Origin: Mycolicibacterium smegmatis
Lineage (GTDB): Bacteria; Actinomycetota; Actinomycetes; Mycobacteriales; Mycobacteriaceae
Assembly (NCBI RefSeq): GCF_001457595.1
Contig: NZ_LN831039.1
Span: 5,220,001 to 5,252,000 of the forward strand
Reading direction: 5' to 3'
DNA length: 32,000 nt
Position numbers and translations under genes: made by a program. Shown piece by piece: positions 8,093-18,758 of the stretch. The notes under the pieces were generated by a model. The model was not told the DNA's origin and did not search any database. It was given only the letters and a program-made list of their open reading frames with translations. Each line of letters opens with the position of its first letter. Position 1 is the first letter of the stretch.

Positions 8093-8632
8093 ATGGGAAT
8101 GATCCGGCAGGTCTCGACGCGTGAGGTGTACCGGAACAACTGGCTCACGCTGCGCGAGGACGCCATCGAACGCCCCGACGGCAGCGACGGCATCTACGCC
8201 GTGGTCGACAAACCCACTTACGCGCTGGTGATCCCACACGACGGCGAACGTTTCCACCTCGTCGAGCAGTACCGGTACCCGCTCGGCCTGCGCCGCTGGG
8301 AGTTTCCGCAGGGCACCGCGCCCGACCGGCAGGATCTGGAACCGCATGCGTTGGCCGAACGCGAATTACGCGAGGAGACCGGCCTGCGCGCGGCGCACCT
8401 GGTCAAGCTCGGCCTGCTCGACGTCGCAGCCGGCATGAGCAGCCAGCGCGGCTGGGTGTTCCTGGCGACCGAGCTCACCGAGGGCGACCACGAGCGTGAG
8501 CACGAGGAACAGGACATGCACAGCGCGTGGTTCACCCGCGCCGAGATCGAGGACATGATGCGCAGCGGTGACATCACCGATGCCCAGTCGATCGCGGCGT
8601 GGGCGTTGCTCCTGCTCTACGAGCGCCGTTAG
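8093..8632 (+). CDS. NUDIX hydrolase (ADP-ribose pyrophosphatase-like)
   Basis: Nudix box region GTAPDRQDLEPHALAERELREETGL. The start is ATG 8093 (or 8099), just after the DUF309 stop. The upstream part of track ORF 7610 is an out-of-frame overlap artefact. Confidence 0.85.
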   Translation: MGMIRQVSTREVYRNNWLTLREDAIERPDGSDGIYAVVDKPTYALVIPHDGERFHLVEQYRYPLGLRRWEFPQGTAPDRQDLEPHALAERELREETGLRAAHLVKLGLLDVAAGMSSQRGWVFLATELTEGDHEREHEEQDMHSAWFTRAEIEDMMRSGDITDAQSIAAWALLLLYERR

Positions 8633-9582
8633 CGACGTTCGGCCAGCGCCCGCAGGAAGAACGTGAGGTTCGCCGGGCGTTCTGCCAGGCGCCGCACGAA
8701 GTACCCGTACCACTCGTAGCCGAACGGTACGTACACCCGGACGTGATTGCCCTCGTCGGCCAGGCGGCGCTGCTCCCCGTCGCGGATGTTGTAGAGCATC
8801 TGGTACTCGAAATCGTCCACCCCGCGGTGGTATTCGCGCGCGAGTGCGGGCACGGCGGCAATGATCTCCGGATCGTGCGACGCTACCATCGGGTAGCCGC
8901 GGCCGGCCATCAGGATCCGCAGGCACGTCAGGTACGAGTCGGTGACCTCGTCGGGGTCGCGGTACGCGACCGACGCGGGCTCGTCATACGCGCCCTTGCA
9001 CAGGCGGATTCGCGCACCCGAGGCCGCGAACTCCGCGCAGTCGGCGCGGGTGCGCTTGAGGTAGGCCTGCAGAACCGTTCCCAGCCAGTCGAACTCGGTG
9101 CGCAGATCCCGCACGATCGACAGCGTCGAGTCCGTGGTGGTGTGGTCCTCGGCGTCGACGGTCACCCAGGCTTCGATGTCACGGGCCTTGGCGCAGATGG
9201 TGTGCGCGTTCTCCAGCGCGATCTTCTCGCCGTCGCGTGGCAGCGCCTGCCCCAGCGCGGAGAGCTTGAGCGACACCTCGAGTGGCCGCACCTTCGCGTC
9301 ACTGTCGCTCTTGAGGCCCTCGAGCAACGCGAGGTACGCGGCCACGGTGTTGTCGGCGTCCTCCTTGCTGGTGGTGTCCTCGCCCAGATAGTCGATGGTC
9401 ACCAGCCGGCCCGAAGCACGCAGCGCCGCAGTGGCATCCAGTGCCTCGGGCACCGTCTCGCCCGCGACGAATCGGTCCACCACGCGGCGCGTGACCGGGA
9501 GTCGTTCGGCGGTGGCACGGAGGCGCTGCGAACGGGACGCGGCCAGGATGGCGGGTCGGGCGACCCGATCGAAGATGCCCAT
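8629..9582 (-). CDS. pruB: Proline dehydrogenase
   Basis: 317 aa of the monofunctional PutA-type proline dehydrogenase family (LVTIDYLGEDT..., RLCKGAY). It lies 1 nt downstream of the P5C dehydrogenase gene. Synteny with Rv1188. Confidence 0.9.
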   Translation of the reverse strand: MGIFDRVARPAILAASRSQRLRATAERLPVTRRVVDRFVAGETVPEALDATAALRASGRLVTIDYLGEDTTSKEDADNTVAAYLALLEGLKSDSDAKVRPLEVSLKLSALGQALPRDGEKIALENAHTICAKARDIEAWVTVDAEDHTTTDSTLSIVRDLRTEFDWLGTVLQAYLKRTRADCAEFAASGARIRLCKGAYDEPASVAYRDPDEVTDSYLTCLRILMAGRGYPMVASHDPEIIAAVPALAREYHRGVDDFEYQMLYNIRDGEQRRLADEGNHVRVYVPFGYEWYGYFVRRLAERPANLTFFLRALAERR

Positions 9583-9583
9583 G

Positions 9584-11212
<1,629 letters not shown>

Positions 11213-11246
11213 AGCTCAAGAATCGCTGACCTGGAGCCGTTTAGTT

Positions 11247-11294
11247 TTGTCCGATCCAACAACACTGCATCGTCAACCCAGTAACATCGGACAA
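11247..11294. promoter_or_regulatory. Perfect 9-bp inverted repeat (TTGTCCGAT ... ATCGGACAA) in the divergent pruA/pruC intergenic region; candidate operator
   Basis: TTGTCCGAT is at 11247-11255 and its exact reverse complement is at 11286-11294. The right arm ends 1 nt before the pruC ATG (11296). Confidence 0.35.
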
Positions 11295-11295
11295 C

Positions 11296-12873
11296 ATGCA
11301 CGCGCCCGGTGTCAGCCTGGGCCAACTGCTGTTGGCCCTCGACGCGACGCTGGTCCGGCTCGTCGAGGCACCACGCGGGCTGGACCTGCCGGTGGCGTCG
11401 GCCGCGCTGATCGACTCCGACGACGTCCGCTTCGGTCTCGCGCCCGCGGCGGGCTCGGCGGATCTGTTCTTCCTGCTGGGGGTATCCGAATCCGACGCGC
11501 TCGCCTGGGTCGACCATCAGGCGGACCACCGGCCTCCCGCGGCGATCTTCGTCAAGGAACCGTCGCAGGCGATCGTCGACCGTGCCACCGCGGCCGGTAT
11601 CGCCGTGGTCGCCGTCGACACCCGCGCCCGCTGGGAGCGGCTCTACCGCCTGGTCAACCACGTCTTCGAACACCACAACGACCGTGCGCTGCACGATTCC
11701 GGGACCGACCTGTTCGGCCTCGCGCAATCGGTCGCCGAACGCACCCACGGCATGGTGAGCATCGAGGACGCACAGTCCCATGTGCTGGCGTACTCGGCGT
11801 CCAACGAGGAGGCCGACGAACTGCGCAGGCTGTCGATCCTCGGGCGGGCCGGTCCGCCCGAGCACCTGGACTGGATCGCGCAGTGGGGCATCTTCGACGC
11901 GCTGCGGGCCAAACCCGACGTCGTGCGTGTCGCCGAGCGTCCCGAACTGGGGCTGCGGCCGCGGTTGGCCATCGGGATCTTCCAGCCGGCGCCCGACGAG
12001 CGTCGTGCACCGACGTTCGCGGGGACGATCTGGGTGCAGCAGGGCAGCCGACCGCTGGCCGAGGACGCCGAGGAGGTGCTGCGCGGCGCCGCGGTGCTGG
12101 CGGCACGCATCATGGCGCGGTTGGCGGCGACCCCGTCGAGCGACGCCGTGCGTCTACAGGAACTGCTGGGCCTGCGTCCCACCGACGAACCCGTCGACGT
12201 CGAGCAGGTCGCACGCGAACTCGGCATCACCGCCGACGGACGCGCCGCGCTGATCGGGTTCGACGCGGGCTCACCGAGCACACGGATCGCCGACGTCCTG
12301 TCGCTGAGCGCCAGCGCATTTCGTTCCGACGCACAGATCACGTCGTCGCGCACGCGCGTGTACGTGCTGTTCCCCAACACCGGCAAGCCCGGCGCGGTCA
12401 CGTCGTGGCTCCGCGGCACGGTCTCGGCGCTGCGCGCCGAGCTCGGCATCGAGTTGTACGCCGTCATCGCCGCCCCGGTCGCCGGCCTGGCGGGCGCCGC
12501 GGCAGCGCGCACCGAGGTGGATCGGGTCCTGGACAGCGCCGGGCGTCATCCCGGCGCGCTCGGCCAGGTCACCTCACTGGCCGAGGCCCGCACGACCGTG
12601 CTGCTCGACGAGATCATCACCGCGATCGCCTCGGACGACCGGTTCATCGATCCGCGGGTCCGCGCGCTGCGCACCGAAGAACCCGTGCTCGCCGAGACCC
12701 TGCGCGTCTACCTGGACAGCTTCGGAGACGTCGCGGCGGCGGCGCAGTCGATGCACGTGCACCCGAACACCGTGCGCTACCGCGTCCGCCGCGTCGAGCA
12801 ACTGCTCGGAACGTCGCTGGGAGACCCCGACGTGCGCCTGCTGTTGTCGCTGAGTCTGCGCGCGACCGCGTGA
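11296..12873 (+). CDS. pruC: PucR/CdaR-family transcriptional regulator (proline-utilisation activator PruC-like)
   Basis: 525 aa with the C-terminal PucR-type HTH (AAAAQSMHVHPNTVRYRVRRVEQLLG). It is divergent from the pruAB operon, as described for M. smegmatis PruC (from memory). Confidence 0.8.
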   Translation: MHAPGVSLGQLLLALDATLVRLVEAPRGLDLPVASAALIDSDDVRFGLAPAAGSADLFFLLGVSESDALAWVDHQADHRPPAAIFVKEPSQAIVDRATAAGIAVVAVDTRARWERLYRLVNHVFEHHNDRALHDSGTDLFGLAQSVAERTHGMVSIEDAQSHVLAYSASNEEADELRRLSILGRAGPPEHLDWIAQWGIFDALRAKPDVVRVAERPELGLRPRLAIGIFQPAPDERRAPTFAGTIWVQQGSRPLAEDAEEVLRGAAVLAARIMARLAATPSSDAVRLQELLGLRPTDEPVDVEQVARELGITADGRAALIGFDAGSPSTRIADVLSLSASAFRSDAQITSSRTRVYVLFPNTGKPGAVTSWLRGTVSALRAELGIELYAVIAAPVAGLAGAAAARTEVDRVLDSAGRHPGALGQVTSLAEARTTVLLDEIITAIASDDRFIDPRVRALRTEEPVLAETLRVYLDSFGDVAAAAQSMHVHPNTVRYRVRRVEQLLGTSLGDPDVRLLLSLSLRATA

Positions 12874-12874
12874 A

Positions 12875-13978
12875 CTAGCCGGCGAGGCGTTCGGCGGCCT
12901 GCTGAATGCGCTCGTCGGTGGCTGTCAGTGCCACCCGCACGTACCGGTCCCCCGCGGGCCCGTAGAACTCGCCCGGTGCGACCAGGATGCCGAGTTCGGC
13001 GAGCCACCGCAGCGTGTCGCGGCAGGCCTCGCCGCGGGTGGCCCACAGATACAGGCCCGCCTCGGAATGGTCGACGGTGAAACCCGCCTCGCGGAACGCG
13101 GGCAGCAGCAGGTTGCGACGCTGCGCGTAGCGATCCCGTTGCACGGCTTCGTGTTCGTCGTCGTCGAGCGCGGCGACCATCGCCACCTGGATCGGGCCCG
13201 GCACCATCATCCCGGCGTGCTTGCGGACCGCGAGCAGTTCGGCGACCACGGCCGGATCTCCCGCGACGAAACCGGCGCGGTACCCCGCGAGCGATGACGT
13301 CTTCGACAGCGAATGGATGGCCAGCAGCCCGGTGTGGTCACCGTCGCACACGGACGGATGCAGCACGCTGACCGGATCGGCATCCCAGCTCAGCCCCAGA
13401 TAGCACTCGTCGGAGGCCACCAGCACGCCCCGCTCACGGGCCCAGGTCACGACCTTGCGGAGATGGTCGCGGCCCAGCACCCGGCCGGTGGGATTGCTCG
13501 GCGAGTTCAGGTAGATCAGTGCGGGCACCTGCGGCCCGATCTGCGTCAGCGAGTCCGCGCGCAGCACCTGCGCGCCCGCCAACCGCGCGCCCACCTCGTA
13601 TGTGGGATAGGCCAGTTCGGGCACGACGACCACGTCGTCGGGCCCCAGGCCGAGCAGCGTCGGCAACCAGGCGATCAGCTCCTTGGTGCCGATCACGGGC
13701 AGCACGGTCTGCGGCGTCAGTCCGGTGATGCCGTAGCGGCGGTGCAAGGCACGCACCATGGCCTCACGCAGTTCCGGCGTCCCCGCGGTGGTCGGGTAGC
13801 CGGGTGACGAACTCCCGGCCGCCAACGCGTCGCGGATGACGGGCGCCACCGGGTCCACCGGGGTGCCCACCGAAAGGTCGACGATGCCGTCAGGGTGTGA
13901 ACGTGCCAGCGCCGTGACGTCCGCCAGGGTGTCCCACGGAAACTCTGGCAGTGTCGCCGAGCGGCGCTGACGCACCAT
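12875..13978 (-). CDS. dapC: Class I PLP-dependent aminotransferase (succinyldiaminopimelate aminotransferase DapC-like, Rv1178 homologue)
   Basis: 367 aa. The sequence shows LPEFPWDTLADV, NSPSNPTG, and SLSKTSSLAGYRAG with the PLP lysine. It lies directly downstream of the ferredoxin gene, as in M. tuberculosis. Confidence 0.8.
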   Translation of the reverse strand: MVRQRRSATLPEFPWDTLADVTALARSHPDGIVDLSVGTPVDPVAPVIRDALAAGSSSPGYPTTAGTPELREAMVRALHRRYGITGLTPQTVLPVIGTKELIAWLPTLLGLGPDDVVVVPELAYPTYEVGARLAGAQVLRADSLTQIGPQVPALIYLNSPSNPTGRVLGRDHLRKVVTWARERGVLVASDECYLGLSWDADPVSVLHPSVCDGDHTGLLAIHSLSKTSSLAGYRAGFVAGDPAVVAELLAVRKHAGMMVPGPIQVAMVAALDDDEHEAVQRDRYAQRRNLLLPAFREAGFTVDHSEAGLYLWATRGEACRDTLRWLAELGILVAPGEFYGPAGDRYVRVALTATDERIQQAAERLAG

Positions 13979-13995
13979 CGGTGTCCCGACCGTGA

Positions 13996-14319
13996 TCAGT
14001 CCTCACCCTGAGGCGGAAGATCCTTGATGGCCTGCGGATCGTTGTCCGTCTGGCCCACCTTGGAGGCCCCGCCCGGCGAGCCGAGTTCGGCGAAGAAGTC
14101 GGCGTTGGCCTGGGCGTAGCTGCTCCACTGGTCAGGCACATCATCTTCGTAGTAGATGGCCTCGACGGGGCAGACCGGCTCACAGGCGCCACAGTCCACG
14201 CATTCGTCGGGGTGGATGTACAGCATGCGTGCGCCCTCGTAGATGCAATCGACAGGGCATTCCTCGATGCATGCCTTGTCCTTGACGTCGACGCAGGGTT
14301 CGGCAATGACGTACGTCAC
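13996..14319 (-). CDS. fdxC: 7Fe ferredoxin (3Fe-4S plus 4Fe-4S)
   Basis: 107 aa with a GTG start preceded by AGGAGAG. The Cys clusters are CVDVKDKACIEECP and CVDCGACEPVCP. Synteny with Rv1177. Confidence 0.88.
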   Translation of the reverse strand: MTYVIAEPCVDVKDKACIEECPVDCIYEGARMLYIHPDECVDCGACEPVCPVEAIYYEDDVPDQWSSYAQANADFFAELGSPGGASKVGQTDNDPQAIKDLPPQGED

Positions 14320-14540
14320 TGATGTCTCTCCTGTCCAGTGGGCTGCTGGTCGGGTGCGGGGTCAGGACTCGTGAGTCCGTCGCGACAGTATGCGTTGCCC
14401 ATACTTGGACGCGCGTCTCAGTGTGCCCTAACTTGCGCGCCGCCCAGTTAAGGGTGGCGCGTGGTTACTGATACTAAACGTCGCACATACAGCTCGCCTA
14501 GTGGCCACGCTGTGCAGTCGCACAGGCCTCCTGGCCGGCC

Positions 14541-15671
14541 TCATCCGAGCAGGGCCTTGCCGAACAATTCGTTGCCCACAGCCGCGTTGAAGGCGGCGTG
14601 CCGCGCCCCGATGGCGATGTCACCGGCCATGCGCCGCAGGGGGCTTGCATCGAAAAGCCCACTCGATCCGTGAACATCGACCAGCGTGTCGACCGCAGCA
14701 CGGATCTCTCGGACCGCGTGGCTGCTCTGGGCTTGCGTTCGGGCCTGGGCGAGCCCGTCCGGGAACGAGCCGGCGTCGGCATGCCGGATCACGAATTCCG
14801 TCACGGACCGTGCGTGCAGCTGCGCGGTCTGCAATCCCAGCGCGGCGTCGGCGATCTGGAGCTGAACACCCACCGACTCGCCCTGGGTGCGGTTGCCCGG
14901 GGTGTGGGCGATCTTCTTGTGGGCAGCGGCCTCGACGACGAAGTTCAGCGCAGCGGTACCCACGCCGAGCAGCGCGCCGAGCAGCACGGCTCCTCCGACC
15001 GCCTGGAACGGCAGACGGTAGAGCGGATCGAGCCCGGACACCGCCTCGTCGCGGAGCGCGTCCAGCCGGATGAACCGGTGGGTCGGAACGAAGACGTCGT
15101 CGACGACCACGGTGTTGCTACCGGTGCCCCGCAACCCTGAGGTGTGCCACGTATCAGCGATGTGAACCTCGGCCATGGGCATGACGGCGAACGCCGGCGC
15201 CGACGGTGATCCGTCCTCGTCGGTCGGCGTCACCACAACCGCGGCCCACGAGGCATGGCGTGATCCCGAGGCGTAGGACCACCGTCCGCTGACCACGAGG
15301 CCTCCGGCTGCGGGCCGGGCCGTACCGCTTCCCGAGCCCCCGCCGGCGATCCGGGCGTCAGGATCGGCTCCGAAAACTTCGTCCTGCAGTTCGGGCGATC
15401 CGTGCGCCATGAGCCACGACGACCCGGCGGCGACGCCGACCAACCACGCCGCCGACCCGTCGGCCTCGCCCAGGACTGCGGCCACCTCCTGCACCGTGCC
15501 AAGGTCCGCCTCCAGTCCGCCGAACCGCCGGGGCGTGAACATCCGGAACATCCCGGCGTCCTGCAGCGCCTCGATCACCTCGTCGGCGGCGCGCCGGTGG
15601 ACATCACCGAACTCGGCGAACTCACGCAGTACCGGATGCAGGCCGTATGCAGCTTCGATGATGTCGGTCAA
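14541..15671 (-). CDS. Acyl-CoA dehydrogenase-fold flavoprotein (possibly a flavin-dependent monooxygenase type)
   Basis: 376 aa. SGRWSYASG and WHTSGLRGTGSNTVVVDDVFVP are characteristic of the ACAD-like subfamily lacking the classical catalytic Glu context. Confidence 0.75.
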   Translation of the reverse strand: MTDIIEAAYGLHPVLREFAEFGDVHRRAADEVIEALQDAGMFRMFTPRRFGGLEADLGTVQEVAAVLGEADGSAAWLVGVAAGSSWLMAHGSPELQDEVFGADPDARIAGGGSGSGTARPAAGGLVVSGRWSYASGSRHASWAAVVVTPTDEDGSPSAPAFAVMPMAEVHIADTWHTSGLRGTGSNTVVVDDVFVPTHRFIRLDALRDEAVSGLDPLYRLPFQAVGGAVLLGALLGVGTAALNFVVEAAAHKKIAHTPGNRTQGESVGVQLQIADAALGLQTAQLHARSVTEFVIRHADAGSFPDGLAQARTQAQSSHAVREIRAAVDTLVDVHGSSGLFDASPLRRMAGDIAIGARHAAFNAAVGNELFGKALLG

Positions 15672-15701
15672 CAGTGAACCTCACAGATAGGCGATGCTTG
15701 A

Positions 15702-17804
<2,103 letters not shown>

Positions 17805-17814
17805 TCGGTGCCTT

Positions 17815-17881
17815 CTTTGCACCGCGAGCACTTTGCACCGCGAGCACTTTGCACCGCGAGCACTTTGCACCGCGAGCGTGC
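17815..17881 (+). repeat. Tandem array of 4 x 16 bp (CTTTGCACCGCGAGCA) immediately after the fadH stop
   Basis: The core GCACCGCGAGC starts at 17819, 17835, 17851 and 17867, each separated by ACTTT. The last copy extends to GCACCGCGAGCGTGC. Confidence 0.9.
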
Positions 17882-17933
17882 ATGCCTGCCGCCCAACACG
17901 CCGCCGAACAGCAGCATTGCGCGCACGCTCGCC
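17867..17933. terminator. Roughly 65-nt stem-loop element (copy L) between convergent fadH and yceI; probable bidirectional terminator
   Basis: GCGAGCGTGC (17872-17881) pairs with GCACGCTCGC (17923-17932) across a 41-nt spacer. The inner arms ATGCCTGC and GCAGCAT extend the stem imperfectly. Confidence 0.5.
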
Positions 17934-17938
17934 GGGGC

Positions 17939-18487
17939 TCACGCCTGCTTGAGCGCCTCGATGTTCAGGGTGATGGTGATGTTCTCACCGACCACGGCGC
18001 CGCCGGTTTCCAGCGGCATGTCGATGTCGATGCCGAATTCCTTGCGGTTGAGCACGACGGAGGCCTCGAACCCGGCGACCGCGCCGTGGCCCATGCCCGG
18101 GTTGACGCCGTCGAACACGAGATTCAGGCTGACCGGCTTGGTGATGCCCTTGAGGGTGAAGTCGCCGTCGACCACGTAGCCGTCGCCCTTCTGCGTGACA
18201 CCGGTGGAGACGAATGTGGCGACCGGGAACTTCTCGACGTCGAAGTAGTCGGCCGACTTGAGGTGCTCGTCGCGCTGCTCGTTGCCCGTGTGGATCGAGT
18301 CGACCGCGATCTCGGCGCTCACTGACGGAGTGCCGTCCTCGGCCACGGTGATCTCACCGCTGAACTTCTCGAACGTTCCACGCACCTTGCTGACCACCAG
18401 GTGGCGGACCGAGAAGCTGATGGACGAGTGCAACGGGTCGATGGCCCAGGTGCCGGTGGTCAGGTCGGTGGCTACCGCAACGGTCAT
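17939..18487 (-). CDS. YceI-family (polyisoprenoid-binding-like) protein
   Basis: 182 aa from ATG 18487, preceded by AAGGAGAA. WAIDPLHSSISFSVRHLVVSKVRGTF..F.G and HTGNEQRDEHLKSADYFDVEKFP are YceI signatures. The track start at 18571 is an extension. Confidence 0.85.
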   Translation of the reverse strand: MTVAVATDLTTGTWAIDPLHSSISFSVRHLVVSKVRGTFEKFSGEITVAEDGTPSVSAEIAVDSIHTGNEQRDEHLKSADYFDVEKFPVATFVSTGVTQKGDGYVVDGDFTLKGITKPVSLNLVFDGVNPGMGHGAVAGFEASVVLNRKEFGIDIDMPLETGGAVVGENITITLNIEALKQA

Positions 18488-18615
18488 GACTTTCTCCTTG
18501 CCAGTTCGGGGCCGGCCTTTCCGGCACCCTTGCACCATCCAAACGGACCGCAGTCCGATTTGATTCCCCAAAAGGGTGTCAGTTGGCTGGGAGTTTCTGG
18601 TGCACGCTCACAGCC

Positions 18616-18683
18616 CGCGAGCGTGCGCGGGCTGCTGCTATTTCACGGCGTTTTGTACAGCAGCCACGCACGCTCGCGGTGCC
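18616..18683. repeat. Roughly 65-nt stem-loop element (copy R), an inverted copy of 17867-17933; probable fbiC terminator or yceI 5' region element
   Basis: CCGCGAGCGTGC (18616-18627) pairs with GCACGCTCGCGG (18669-18680), again with a 41-nt spacer. The inner stem is GGCTGCTG / CAGCAGCC. The 15-mer at 18669-18683 is the exact reverse complement of 17867-17881. Confidence 0.8.
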
Positions 18684-18719
18684 GGGTGCGCTCGCGGTGC
18701 CGGGTCCGCTCGCGGTGCA
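18669..18719 (-). repeat. Tandem array of 3 x 18 bp (core GCTCGCGGTGC on the + strand, which is GCACCGCGAGC on the - strand) downstream of the fbiC stop
   Basis: Cores start at 18673, 18691 and 18709, separated by CGGGTGC and CGGGTCC. A degenerate fourth copy, CCTCGCGGTGA, is at 18735-18745. Confidence 0.85.
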
Positions 18720-18758
18720 GAGGTGACCCCCGACCTCGCGGTGAAGGGCCAGAGACCT

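Noticed and set aside
14441-14453. A shared motif, CCGCCCAGT(T/A)AAG, upstream of fdxC (14441-14453) and in the fbiC/21587 divergent spacer (about 21524-21536).
   Set aside because: There are only two occurrences of a 9+3 nt match, in different contexts and at different distances from starts. That is too short to distinguish from chance without a genome-wide count.
17815-18719. Whether the two short tandem arrays could be a CRISPR array or mini-arrays.
   Set aside because: The repeat cores are 11 nt with fixed 5-7 nt spacers of identical sequence, so there are no unique spacers. There are only 3-4 units and no cas genes. This is a tandem repeat, not CRISPR.
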